DNA of 56,679 nt, taken from an uncultured Clostridia bacterium. GTDB lineage: Bacteria; Bacillota; Clostridia; TANB77; CAG-508. The first letter of the stretch is position 1. Each line of letters begins with the position of its first letter. The stretch spans positions 1 to 56,679 of the forward strand of contig CALXJY010000006.1 in the NCBI GenBank assembly GCA_944388755.1. Reading direction: 5' to 3'. Both the position numbers and the translations under genes were made by a program. The notes beneath the pieces were generated by a model. It made no database searches and was not told where the DNA came from. It was given only the letters and a program-made list of their open reading frames with translations. Positions 20,187 to 30,503 of this stretch are shown here, in pieces.

Positions 20187-20799
20187 TCATATTTCTATAT
20201 TTAGTAATTCACTTATATCTTTAATTTTCTTATAATATTTATCACAATTTCCAAATCCATACTCTGCCCATATAAAGGGTAGTTCATTTTTTATAGCAGA
20301 CTCATAGTCTTTTTGAGTATCCCCAACATATATAGCCTTTAGTATATTATTTCTTTTTAGGACACTATTTATATTTTCATATTTGGTCATTCCTGTATTA
20401 CCAGAACATTCAAAATCCTTGAAAAATTCTTGCAATGAATAATGTTCTATAAATGACTCTATATAACCTGCCTGACAGTTACTTACAATATATAAATCAT
20501 ATTTATTCACTAATTTTTTTATTGTTTTTTATTGTATTTTTATAAATATGACCGCCATTTTCTTTTAAATAATCATTTTCTTTTTCTTGACATTTTGTAA
20601 TAAATTCATTTCCATCTTTATTATTGCCTTTAAATAAGTATTCTATAATTTCTCTTTTAGTAAGTCCCATTATATTTTTTATTTGTTCTTTGCTAATATT
20701 TAATCCATATTCCATTGCAATTTTATTCCAAATCTTTTCTACTTCTACTGTAGTATCCCATAATGTTCCATCTAAATCAAATAATATTGAATTTTTCAA
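20187..20799 (-). pseudogene. HAD family hydrolase split by +1 frameshift in an A run (~20525-20530)
   Basis: FDLDGTLWD in 20503-20799; IVSNCQ, YVGDT..D, YGFG in 20187-20510; deleting one A joins the frames. Confidence 0.85.
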
Positions 20800-20810
20800 T
20801 TTTTAATCTC

Positions 20811-21302
20811 CTAATTTAATTTTAAAAATTCCAAGCAATCTCTAAAAAATTCTGTATGGCTTTCTGAAAATTGCCCATTTTCTATTAATTTTTCAATTTC
20901 TTGTTTCGATGCCCATTTTACATCCTCTAATTCATCTTCTTGAATTTTTATTTTATCTATATTTATGTTCTCTTTTAAATAATAAATATCTACAAAATCA
21001 TCTTCTGTTTTTAAAGTTTTAAATAATATGATATTATTTTCTATTACATTAATTCCTAATTCTTCTTTAATTTCTGTTATAATCCCTTGTTTACTTGTTT
21101 CTCCTGAAACTGGATGTCCTCCTGTTGTAGCCCATTTTCCATCTTTTTTTGCAACTCTTTTTTGTATTAAAAATTCATTTTTATCATTTTGTATAAATAC
21201 AACGACCGTAATATAATATCTTCCTTTAGGCACTTCTTGACCTTTGTAAATTGTTTCTCCTGTCAAAATCTTATTTTCATCATATAAATCTCTTTTCTCC
21301 AT
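20811..21302 (-). CDS. NUDIX hydrolase
   Basis: LIQKR..W..GGHPVSGETSKQGIITEIKEELG Nudix box. Confidence 0.9.
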   Translation of the reverse strand: MEKRDLYDENKILTGETIYKGQEVPKGRYYITVVVFIQNDKNEFLIQKRVAKKDGKWATTGGHPVSGETSKQGIITEIKEELGINVIENNIILFKTLKTEDDFVDIYYLKENINIDKIKIQEDELEDVKWASKQEIEKLIENGQFSESHTEFFRDCLEFLKLN

Positions 21303-21329
21303 TATCAAAAACTCCTTATAAAATTTGTT

Positions 21330-22472
21330 TTATTTTATCACATTTATATATGCATTTTCAAATCTTTCCATATTATATTGTTCTTGCCATCGTTCGTTTG
21401 GTAATTTTCTTTTAAATTCATCATAATTATTTATCACATACAACAACTTATTTTTTAATTCTTCAACACAATTTTTAAATATATAATTATTATCATTGCC
21501 TTTTGCTATCTCATTAAAAGTAGGTATATCATTTAATATAGTAAATATTCCTAAAGATAAAGATTCTAATGCTGAATATCCAAAACTTTCTGATTTGCTA
21601 GGAAGTACACAAACATCTGCAATTTTATATACTTCTGACATATAATCAAATCTTATTATTTTTATATCTACATTATTCTCTTTTGCTTTAGTTGTTAATG
21701 AATCTACAAATTTTTCATATTGTTTATCTAAACCAGTATAAATTATTTCAAATTTTGCCTTATCTTCATTGTTCATTAAACAACAAGCCTCAAGTAGTAA
21801 TTGAGGTTGTTTTTGTTTAGGCTCTAATCTGCTAGGGACAATTATTTTTAATTTTTCATCATTCAAATTATATTGTGTATTAATTTCGTTTTTGGTTTTA
21901 ATTGTTTCCAATCTCGTTACATCAATTGCGTGTGGAATAAAATTTACAGAGCAATCTGTTAATTTGCTATATTCATTTGCATAAAATTCTGATGGTGCAA
22001 CAAATTTAGTTAGTTCATTATCTTTATACTTTTTCATTATTTCAAGTACTTTTTTATAAGACTTTTCACCCCAAGCTAATTTATATTCAAATGGATTCGT
22101 ATGTATAGTAAAAATTCTTTTCTTGTTTGTCCAAGCCTCTAAGAATAATAATGAATTTAATTGTATAAAATCATACTTCCTCATATCTATTTTGTTTTCA
22201 AGTTGTTTTGCTAAATTAGTATATGATTTATTCGTTTCAAAATTTCCAAATGCCTTTTGTACTATATATTCATCTGCCTCCCCTTCCATATTAAATAAGT
22301 TTATATTTATATAATTAACTCCATCTTCTTTATGAGATTTTCCAGAAAACATAAATACATCAACTTGATTATTATTTTTGGCAAAAGACCTTGCTAAATC
22401 CATTACAAATCTTTCTGTTCCACCTATAGCTTTTCTAGATATCGCCCAAGTATTTACTATCGCTATTTTCAT
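21330..22472 (-). CDS. Glycosyltransferase family 4 (GT-B)
   Basis: GGTERF, PSRL..KQ, LPSKSESFGYSALESL; likely start MKIAIV. Confidence 0.88.
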   Translation of the reverse strand: MKIAIVNTWAISRKAIGGTERFVMDLARSFAKNNNQVDVFMFSGKSHKEDGVNYININLFNMEGEADEYIVQKAFGNFETNKSYTNLAKQLENKIDMRKYDFIQLNSLLFLEAWTNKKRIFTIHTNPFEYKLAWGEKSYKKVLEIMKKYKDNELTKFVAPSEFYANEYSKLTDCSVNFIPHAIDVTRLETIKTKNEINTQYNLNDEKLKIIVPSRLEPKQKQPQLLLEACCLMNNEDKAKFEIIYTGLDKQYEKFVDSLTTKAKENNVDIKIIRFDYMSEVYKIADVCVLPSKSESFGYSALESLSLGIFTILNDIPTFNEIAKGNDNNYIFKNCVEELKNKLLYVINNYDEFKRKLPNERWQEQYNMERFENAYINVIK

Positions 22473-22680
22473 TTTTAATAACACACTCTCTTTCTTTTTT
22501 ATTAGATAATCCTGTTTCTTTATTATAATCGACTCGTATTCTGTCTTTAAAGTTGTTCTATTTATTTCTTCCATAATATGCATTTTCTATAATACTTATA
22601 TAATTCTTTTCTGAATTTCTTTGTGAATATTTATATGCTCTATCACTTAAAATTGTATATGTCTTTTCATCAATATTCAT
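22435..22680 (-). pseudogene. 3' fragment of an unknown gene with an in-frame TAG (22558-22560)
   Basis: Frame NIDEKTYTIL..GRNK*NNFKDRIR..ENSDSKYLGDI* overlapping the GT start. Confidence 0.4.
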
Positions 22681-23433
22681 TTTCCTTCAGTTTTGGTTGT
22701 TCCTAAAGACCATCTTCCTTTTTCATCTTTTAATTTTGAATATACAGTTTTATTTATCCTTATTAACCTATTTTTTAAATCAATATCATTCCAGGTTAGA
22801 GCAAATACTTCTCCTGTTCTCATTCCCGTATAACATGCTGTTAAAAATGAATAAGTAAATGTTGTATTATTTTGAAATCTTAATAATATTCTTTCAACTT
22901 CTTCTTTGGTATAAATATGTTTTATTCTGTTTTTTTAACTCAAATGATAAAACTCTTGGAATTTGCAAATCGCATGCTGGATTGTTTTTTATAAAGCCAA
23001 AATAATTAGTAGCATCTCTTAATGAACTCTTAATTACTTTTTGATAATTTCTTAAAGATTCTTTTGATTCTGATTTTTGATATAACTTTAGTAATGTTTG
23101 ATTTAATATATAAGGTGTTAAATTGCAAAGCTTATACTTTCCAATTATCTTTTTTATGGAGTCAAATGATTCTGAATATCTTTTAGCAGTCGAATATTTA
23201 TAGTTTATCTCGAAGTATTCTTTCATCCAATAATCTAAATAATCTGCATAAGACATTTGTGATTCCTTTTTTATTCCACCATTAATATATTCATTATAAG
23301 CTTTCTGCCCTGCTATATATGCTTCATTTTTTGTCTTAAATCCAGATTTAGTTATAGATTTCCTTTTTCCATTAACCTTTGCAATTTCAAACTGATATTG
23401 ATATACTTTTCCTCTTTTTCTAATATTAATCAT
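22677..23433 (-). pseudogene. Tyrosine recombinase/integrase, frameshifted and C-terminally truncated
   Basis: Arm-binding N-term (RKRG..YQY..SGFKTKNEA), SAM-like core; after a frameshift at the T7 run 22930-22936 reads YTGMRTGEVFALTWNDID..TTKTEGK*; no HxxR or Tyr. Confidence 0.9.
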
Positions 23434-23609
23434 TTTTAATCACCCTTTCTTTTTTTATTTTTGTAAAACAAAAAAAGAAGTGTCAACATATTTTCAATGT
23501 TTCAACTTCTTTATTTTCAATACTTCTTGTCCACATTCTTAGATTTTTGTTGACAAATTGTATTTTTAATTTTATTTTTGATATTGCTAAAAGCCTTTAA
23601 ATTGGCTAT

Positions 23610-26363
23610 TTAACTGTTCTTTCCACAACAGTTCTTATACTTTTTACCCGAACCACATGGGCAAGGATCATTTCTGCCTATTTTTGGTCCTTCATTTCTA
23701 ACAGTCTGATTTTGATTAATGTTAATTGCACCTTCACCATCAACACTTTTAATAGCTTCTAAAGCTGCACCTGTTATTCTAGCAGTTTCTTGACGTCTAA
23801 CTTCCCCTTGTTTTCTAATATTCATCAGTATTTTTACAACATCATATTTTATATTTGATGTCATTTCTTCAAACATGTCCATACCTTCCATTCTGTATTT
23901 CACAACTGGATCTTGTTGACCATATGCACGTAAGCCTATACCATCTTTAAGTTCTTCCATACTATCTATATGGTTCATCCATTTTTCATCAACAACCTTT
24001 AAAAGTATAACTCTTTCTAGTTCTCTCATTTGCTCTTCGCCAATATCTGCTTCTTTTTCTGCATATTTTTCTAATGCTAATTTTTTTAATTCTTCTTTTA
24101 CTTTTTCAGGATTTTTTTCGTTTTGTTTTAAAAATTCTGTCATTTCAATAGATAAATTATTTTTTATTTCATTATCTAATGATTCTATTTCTAAATGTGT
24201 ATGACCATGTTCATCTCCTGATATATATGTGTCTACAATTTCGTCTGATACACTATTTATCATATTTGTCATATTTTCTTTTAGATTTTCTCCATCAAGT
24301 ACTTCTCGCCTTTGTTTATATATAATTTCCCTTTGCACATTATTTACATCATCGTATTTTAATACATTTTTACGTGTTGCAAAATTTCTACCTTCTACTT
24401 TCTTTTGGGCATTTTCAACTGCTTTTGAAATCATTCTTGCTTCTATTGGCATATTTTCATCTGCACCTAATGTGTTATATACTTTTGTAATTGTGTTTCC
24501 TCCAAAAATTTTCATTAAATCATCATCAAGTGCTATATAAAATTTGGATTCTCCTGGATCTCCTTGACGTCCACTACGACCTCTTAATTGGTTATCTATT
24601 CTTCTTGATTCATGTCTTTCTGTACCAATTATTTTTAATCCTCCTGCTTCAATTACTTTTTGTTTTTCTTCTTTAATATCTTCATCATATTTTGTAACTA
24701 ATTCTTTAAATTGTTCTCTTGCTCTTAGAATGTCTTGATCATCTGTTTCATAATATGTGTTTGATTCTTCTATTAAATTTGCAGGTACTTTTTTTCTTGC
24801 CATTTCTTCTTTTGCTAGATATTCACTGTTACCTCCAAGCATAATATCTGTACCACGTCCGGCCATATTTGTTGCTATTGTAACAGCTCCAAATTTACCA
24901 GCCTGTGCAACAATCATTGCTTCTTTTTCATGTGATTTTGCATTTAATACTTCATGTGGTATTCTTTCTTTTTGTAATAATTTACTTAGTTTTTCTGATT
25001 TTTCAATTGAAACTGTACCTATTAAAACTGGTTGTCCTTTTTTGTGACTTTCTTTTACACTTTCAACTACAGCTCTAAATTTTGCATTTTCATTTTTATA
25101 TATAACATCATTTTCATCTTTACGTATCATTGGCTTATTTGTAGGAATAGATATTACATCTAAATTATATATTTCTTCAAATTCTGCTTCTTCTGTCATA
25201 GCTGTACCTGTCATACCTGCTAATTTTCCATACATTCTAAAATAATTTTGGAAAGTAATTGTTGCAAGTGTTTTAGATTCATCAGCTATTTTTACATGTT
25301 CTTTTGCTTCTATTGCTTGATGTAAACCATTATTATATCTTCTTCCATACATAATACGTCCTGTAAATTCATCTACAATTAATACTTCTCCATTTTTTAC
25401 AATATAATCTATATCTTTTTTCATAACTCCATGTGCACGTAATGCTTGGTTTACATGATGAACTAAACTTGAATTTTCTAAGTCATTGAAGTTATCTAAT
25501 TTAAAATATTCTTCTGCTTTTTTTATACCTTTTTGTGTTAATGATGCAGATTTTGCTTTTAAGTCTACTATATAGTCATATTTTTCATTATCTTCTGCTT
25601 GGTCAAAATCTTTTACATCTTCTTCTACAATTACTTTTGGTTCTAACCTTTTAACAAAATCTTCTGCCTTTTTATATAAATCTGATGACTCATTTGCTCT
25701 ACCTGAAATTATAAGTGGTGTACGAGCTTCATCAATTAAAATACTATCAATTTCGTCTACTATTGCATAATGTAATTCACGTTGTACTAATTGATTTTTA
25801 TAAATTACCATATTATCTCTTAAATAGTCAAATCCAAATTCATTGTTTGTACCATATGTTACATCTGCTGAATATGCTTTTTGTTTTTGAGCAGGTTCCA
25901 TTCCTGCAATAACAAGTCCTACAGAAAGTCCAAGGAATTTATATAATTTTCCCATCCATTCACTATCTCTTTTTGCTAGGTAATCATTAACTGTAACCAC
26001 ATGTACTCCTTTTCCTTCTAAGGCATTTAAATAAACTGGAAGTGTTGCTACAAGTGTTTTTCCTTCACCAGTTTTCATCTCTGCAATTCTTCCTTGATGT
26101 AATATTATTCCACCTATTAATTGTACATCAAAATGCCTTAATCCTAAAGTTCTTTTAGATGCTTCTCTTACAACTGCAAATGCTTCTGGTAATATATCAT
26201 CTAGAGTTTTTCCCTCTTTTAATTTATTTTTAAAATAATCTGTTTTTGCTCTTAATTCACTATCACTTAATTTAGAAATCTCTTCTTCTAAACTATTTAT
26301 TTGTTTTACTATAGGCATTACCCTTTTAACTTCCTTTTCGCTATATGATTTAAATAGTTTCAT
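23610..26363 (-). CDS. secA: Preprotein translocase subunit SecA
   Basis: [64 protein letters not shown]. Confidence 0.99.
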   Translation of the reverse strand: MKLFKSYSEKEVKRVMPIVKQINSLEEEISKLSDSELRAKTDYFKNKLKEGKTLDDILPEAFAVVREASKRTLGLRHFDVQLIGGIILHQGRIAEMKTGEGKTLVATLPVYLNALEGKGVHVVTVNDYLAKRDSEWMGKLYKFLGLSVGLVIAGMEPAQKQKAYSADVTYGTNNEFGFDYLRDNMVIYKNQLVQRELHYAIVDEIDSILIDEARTPLIISGRANESSDLYKKAEDFVKRLEPKVIVEEDVKDFDQAEDNEKYDYIVDLKAKSASLTQKGIKKAEEYFKLDNFNDLENSSLVHHVNQALRAHGVMKKDIDYIVKNGEVLIVDEFTGRIMYGRRYNNGLHQAIEAKEHVKIADESKTLATITFQNYFRMYGKLAGMTGTAMTEEAEFEEIYNLDVISIPTNKPMIRKDENDVIYKNENAKFRAVVESVKESHKKGQPVLIGTVSIEKSEKLSKLLQKERIPHEVLNAKSHEKEAMIVAQAGKFGAVTIATNMAGRGTDIMLGGNSEYLAKEEMARKKVPANLIEESNTYYETDDQDILRAREQFKELVTKYDEDIKEEKQKVIEAGGLKIIGTERHESRRIDNQLRGRSGRQGDPGESKFYIALDDDLMKIFGGNTITKVYNTLGADENMPIEARMISKAVENAQKKVEGRNFATRKNVLKYDDVNNVQREIIYKQRREVLDGENLKENMTNMINSVSDEIVDTYISGDEHGHTHLEIESLDNEIKNNLSIEMTEFLKQNEKNPEKVKEELKKLALEKYAEKEADIGEEQMRELERVILLKVVDEKWMNHIDSMEELKDGIGLRAYGQQDPVVKYRMEGMDMFEEMTSNIKYDVVKILMNIRKQGEVRRQETARITGAALEAIKSVDGEGAININQNQTVRNEGPKIGRNDPCPCGSGKKYKNCCGKNS

Positions 26364-26504
26364 TTTTAAATACTTCCTCCCACGTTCTTTTTTTCTTTGT
26401 TACTATATCACTAAAATTAAAATTTAGCAATAGTTTTTAGTGTAATATTTTTATTATAACAGCATAAATTCTATTAAAGTATTATTTTAAAGTGAGGAAT
26501 TTAT

Positions 26505-27056
26505 ATGTTTGTTTATAATATAAAAGTAAATGGTAGCAAAATTTTTAAAATCTTTTTTACAGCTGTTGTAGCTTTGGTTACCTGTATTTTATGTTTTGTT
26601 ATTTTTAGAATTTTTAGTGGTGCTGATTTAGATAGTTCAACTTTGTCAGGGTGTGTTAAACAAAATGGGGTATATCAGATTAGCCCTAATAATTATACAA
26701 ATGTGTTAAAAGCTGTTCATGATGATATTGATCCCTATGTTGGAACTAAAATTTCATTTACAGGTTATGTGTATAGACTTTTGGATTTTAGTGATTCTCA
26801 GTTTGTTTTAGCTAGAGATATGGTTATTTCTTCTGATTTTCAGACTGTTGTAGTTGGTTTTTTGTGTGAGGCTAAAAATGCTAGTAATTTTTCTGATAAT
26901 TCCTGGGTAGAAATAACCGGCGAAATTATAAAAGGTGATTACCATGGTGATATGCCAATTATTAAAATTACAGATATTAAAAATTGTGATAAACCTAATG
27001 AAGAATTGGTTTATCCTCCTGATGAGACATATATCCCTGTTGATGGTAAGACTTAG
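26505..27056 (+). CDS. Membrane-anchored protein resembling the DUF1980/TIGR03943 C-terminal domain
   Basis: TM helix; YVGTKISFTGYVYR..FVLAR..WVEITGEI..P.E.LVYP. Confidence 0.6.
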   Translation: MFVYNIKVNGSKIFKIFFTAVVALVTCILCFVIFRIFSGADLDSSTLSGCVKQNGVYQISPNNYTNVLKAVHDDIDPYVGTKISFTGYVYRLLDFSDSQFVLARDMVISSDFQTVVVGFLCEAKNASNFSDNSWVEITGEIIKGDYHGDMPIIKITDIKNCDKPNEELVYPPDETYIPVDGKT

Positions 27057-27066
27057 TCAAAATTTT

Positions 27067-27096
27067 AAGGAGTTATCAATACTATGATAGCTCCTT
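27067..27096. terminator. Hairpin between convergent genes
   Basis: AAGGAGTTATCA..TGATAGCTCCTT. Confidence 0.65.
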
Positions 27097-27162
27097 TATA
27101 ATATTTAATTTTCTTTTATTTAAAGAATATATTTTTAGTCATTATTTATTCATAACCTAACT

Positions 27163-28365
27163 CTACTCACCTGGTTGCTTTTCTTCCTTATTTTCAGTAT
27201 CATTTTTGTTAATATCTTGTTTAATATCACCTTCTAATTCTCTAGTTAATTTGCTCCTAAAATCATCTAATATTTCTGTAAAAGCTTCATTTGTTGGTCT
27301 ACCTGCATCTTGTACTGCTTTTAAAGAAGTTACTACTTCTAATACATTGCTAGTTAATACTCTTGCTGTTTCAACGTCAATGGCACTTCCACTAGAAATT
27401 TTTTGAACTTTTTCAATTGCTTGTTTAGATCGTTCACTCTCTGTTCTTAACATTTCATTCATTCTATCTACAAATTGATTATGTATATCTACTGCCTGTA
27501 TCAAAGAATCATTAGCTTCAGCTGTTACAACTATTCCTTTTAATTCTGGTAGTAAACTTGATAAATCTTGATCATAATCACTTGCAAGTTCTTCATTATG
27601 TTGAGCTAATAATCTTGACATTATTGCTTTAGTTGCTGCATTTATGGTTATACCTCTACAATTATCTATTTTCCTATCGATTTTCTTTTCTACTCCAACT
27701 AGTTGTAAACTTTGGTCTATTTGTAACAAGGTTTTTTCTGTAAATTCAGTTTTTTGTGTTCTTTCTTCTTGTAATTTTCTTGCTACTTCTTGTAAGGCAA
27801 TAATCTGATATTGTGTATTAGCATATTGCTCTGCTGAATTTTGGGCCATAATTTCTAATTTTCCTGCATTAGTTCTTAATTCATTTCTTATATTTTCTAA
27901 TTTTTCTTGAATTACATCTATGTTTGTTAAAACTTTTGTCCTTCTATATCTTTCACCTGATAATATTCGTTTTGGTTTATCTTTTAGGCTTCTTAAAGCT
28001 GTTAAAGGTGATTTTTTCAATAAATCTATGAATTTTTCTCCTTCAGGTTCACTATTTTCGTCTATCGACATCATTAATTCAGTAAACATTTCTTCTATAC
28101 TTATATCATGTGTTCTTAATGTTCCTATTAATATATCTAACTCTTTGTATATTTTTTCTGTTTCTTCTTTTCCGAATTCATCTATTGTTTGGGTATTATG
28201 TATGTCAATTGTTGAAATGTATTCATCAACTATTCTCTTTCCTTCTTCAGATAATTCTGAATAAGATGGTATTTTTGTTGTTAGTGTTGACATTTGTGCA
28301 TTTACTTGTTCTTTTAAATTTGTCATTAGATTAGTATTATCATTCTTTGTTTTTAATTTATTCAT
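27163..28365 (-). CDS. Divergent TelA/KlaA-like (toxic anion resistance) coiled-coil protein
   Basis: LSEEGKRIVDEYISTIDIHNTQTIDEFG..RT.D pattern, ~400 aa, long helical segments. Confidence 0.55.
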   Translation of the reverse strand: MNKLKTKNDNTNLMTNLKEQVNAQMSTLTTKIPSYSELSEEGKRIVDEYISTIDIHNTQTIDEFGKEETEKIYKELDILIGTLRTHDISIEEMFTELMMSIDENSEPEGEKFIDLLKKSPLTALRSLKDKPKRILSGERYRRTKVLTNIDVIQEKLENIRNELRTNAGKLEIMAQNSAEQYANTQYQIIALQEVARKLQEERTQKTEFTEKTLLQIDQSLQLVGVEKKIDRKIDNCRGITINAATKAIMSRLLAQHNEELASDYDQDLSSLLPELKGIVVTAEANDSLIQAVDIHNQFVDRMNEMLRTESERSKQAIEKVQKISSGSAIDVETARVLTSNVLEVVTSLKAVQDAGRPTNEAFTEILDDFRSKLTRELEGDIKQDINKNDTENKEEKQPGE

Positions 28366-30320
28366 TCTCTTTCATTCCCTTCTTCTCTTTCCATAATTTC
28401 TTGTATTTCTTCTTTTGTTAAAATTTTTGTCTTTTTATAATCAATTGGTAAATCTGATATGTCATCTAAATTTACAAATATCTCAAATTCTAATTTACTT
28501 CCATAATGTGAACCATATTTTTTTACATCTATACCCAAATCCCTGCAATCCTCCTGATACTCTTTCCATAATGGTTGTAAATCGTATTTATGATAACTTT
28601 TCTTTTTACGAATGCAATCATACATATTTCTTTCTTCTTTTGGTTCTATTTCATATTTTTTTGGTATTTGGGGTAAATATACTTCAGCACTATCAGTATT
28701 CATATCTTCTAATGGTAATAACTTCCATACATTATATCTATATCTGATGTCTAGGTTATTATAAACAAATTTAATTTTTGATAATAGATTTCTCGTTTCT
28801 TCTAATGTAAGTTGTCCATTTATGTTTTTAAACTCTTTTAATTCTTTTAATAAATTTTCTTTTTCTTGTCTATCATATTCATTATCCCCATTATTCATCT
28901 TATTTTTAACTAAGAATATAGCTATGTCTATATCATTAGATGTAATTCCTTCTCTTTTTATTTTATCTTCTATAATTTGCTGATTTTCTTCTTCATCACA
29001 TATTTTTTGTTTTTTACTGTAAAATTTTACTTTTGAACTTTTTTTCACTTTTCTTTTATTTAATAAATCAATTATATAATTAGGTATTTCAGCTTCACGT
29101 TCATCAATTTCATAAAAAGTTTTTCCTTTTAAATCGTCAATGTAATCATATAATAATCCTTCAAAATCTATCTTGCAATATTTTCCTTCTTTTCTTTTTT
29201 TCTTTCCTATATATTTTTCTTCTATATTTTCTTTAAATTCTTTTAAATCTTTTACTCTATGATAAATTATTTCTACACATTTTTGTCCATCATTAACTAT
29301 TATTTGTCTAGATTTAAATCCAAACTTTTTGTATATGTTTTCACATTCTACAATGCTTATATTTTCATCTGTTATTATACTTTTAAGTACTGCTCTTAAT
29401 AAAGAAAAATTAACTTTATTAGTTTTTAATGTTACCAAACCATTTCTTATATAGCTTTGCATGCCATATTTCCAGTAGTCTAAATCTTTATATTGGAGTT
29501 CTGGTAAATACAACACTTCTTTAAATGGGTCATTAGCTATGTTACATAAATGTGCATTAAAGATTTTTGCTTTTACTAAATTAATATAATAGCATGAGTT
29601 TTCTTCCATATCAATTATTATTAATCTTTCTAATAAATTTTTATCTTTTAATATTTTTTCTTCCTCTACTTCTAATATTTCATCTTTTACTGGAAATATT
29701 CTATTTGCAGTTCTTAATAATTGCTTTTTTTCTTCTAATTGTTTTATAAAACACACTTTTTCTTCTTGACTGTCATATTGCATTAAAGTAGTCGTTTTTT
29801 GCTTATTTCCATATATTAGATGTTCTACTTGATTTCTCCATAAAACATTAAACTTTAATATACTTATATTTCTATGTAATCTCTCTATTTCTTTTTTGCT
29901 GATATATGGACTATATAAATTAAGTACTTGTTTTAATATTTTTATATGTTCGATTTCTTGTTCTAAATTATTAAAATCTTGATAATTTTTTGATTCATAT
30001 ATATAATGTATATTCCTTTCTATTATTTTTTCACAATTTTGAACTGTATTATAGATATATTTGTCAATATTTAATTCTACTTTAGCAATTTCTTTAATAA
30101 TTATATCTTCAACTTTTCTATATTTTTCATATTGTTCTGTTTCGATAAGTTTATTGTACATCTGATAATATTGTTCTTTTATCACATTTAAAGATTTAAT
30201 TTCTCTAGCTTTAGAACTATAAAATAACATATTACATATTAAATATAACTTATCAATTTTTTGTATCATTATTTTAGCTTTTATATCTAATAGTTCTTTT
30301 GTTAATACTTTATTATTCAT
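28362..30320 (-). CDS. Hypothetical protein (652 aa)
   Basis: Long ORF with AGGAG RBS; stop overlaps the next start (ATGA); no motif recognised. Confidence 0.8.
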   Translation of the reverse strand: MNNKVLTKELLDIKAKIMIQKIDKLYLICNMLFYSSKAREIKSLNVIKEQYYQMYNKLIETEQYEKYRKVEDIIIKEIAKVELNIDKYIYNTVQNCEKIIERNIHYIYESKNYQDFNNLEQEIEHIKILKQVLNLYSPYISKKEIERLHRNISILKFNVLWRNQVEHLIYGNKQKTTTLMQYDSQEEKVCFIKQLEEKKQLLRTANRIFPVKDEILEVEEEKILKDKNLLERLIIIDMEENSCYYINLVKAKIFNAHLCNIANDPFKEVLYLPELQYKDLDYWKYGMQSYIRNGLVTLKTNKVNFSLLRAVLKSIITDENISIVECENIYKKFGFKSRQIIVNDGQKCVEIIYHRVKDLKEFKENIEEKYIGKKKRKEGKYCKIDFEGLLYDYIDDLKGKTFYEIDEREAEIPNYIIDLLNKRKVKKSSKVKFYSKKQKICDEEENQQIIEDKIKREGITSNDIDIAIFLVKNKMNNGDNEYDRQEKENLLKELKEFKNINGQLTLEETRNLLSKIKFVYNNLDIRYRYNVWKLLPLEDMNTDSAEVYLPQIPKKYEIEPKEERNMYDCIRKKKSYHKYDLQPLWKEYQEDCRDLGIDVKKYGSHYGSKLEFEIFVNLDDISDLPIDYKKTKILTKEEIQEIMEREEGNERE

Positions 30321-30503
30321 ATTTTTAACTCCTGATATTTTTTTATATAAAGCTTATGCAATTATATCACTTTTATATTATTTTGTAAATATATTATGTC
30401 TATTTTTATCTTTTCGTATCTGTTAAGTAATATGTAGCAAAGTCCTTTACTTCTTAGGCAAAATATGATACAATTGTATCATATTTTATTTGGAGGTAAA
30501 AGT

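Larger units (their letters stand above)
19747..23659 (-). mobile_element. Decayed integrative element inserted in the secA 3' end
   Basis: Bounded by duplicated SEC-C tails with a 7-bp core; integrase pseudogene next to secA; TGTCMACA-like repeats near both ends. Confidence 0.8.

Noticed and set aside
20002-20190. 62-aa ORF inside the island
   Set aside because: Ile/Tyr-rich, extremely AT-rich, no motif; cannot be supported as a gene.
20503-22936. Programmed frameshifting or phase variation at A runs in the HAD and integrase genes
   Set aside because: Runs are only 6-7 nt in an AT-rich genome with no evident stimulatory structure; error or decay is simpler.
30321-30503. Purine riboswitch before guaA
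   Set aside because: The conserved core (TATAAT..ATATGG..GTTTCTACC..CCGTAAA) is not present.
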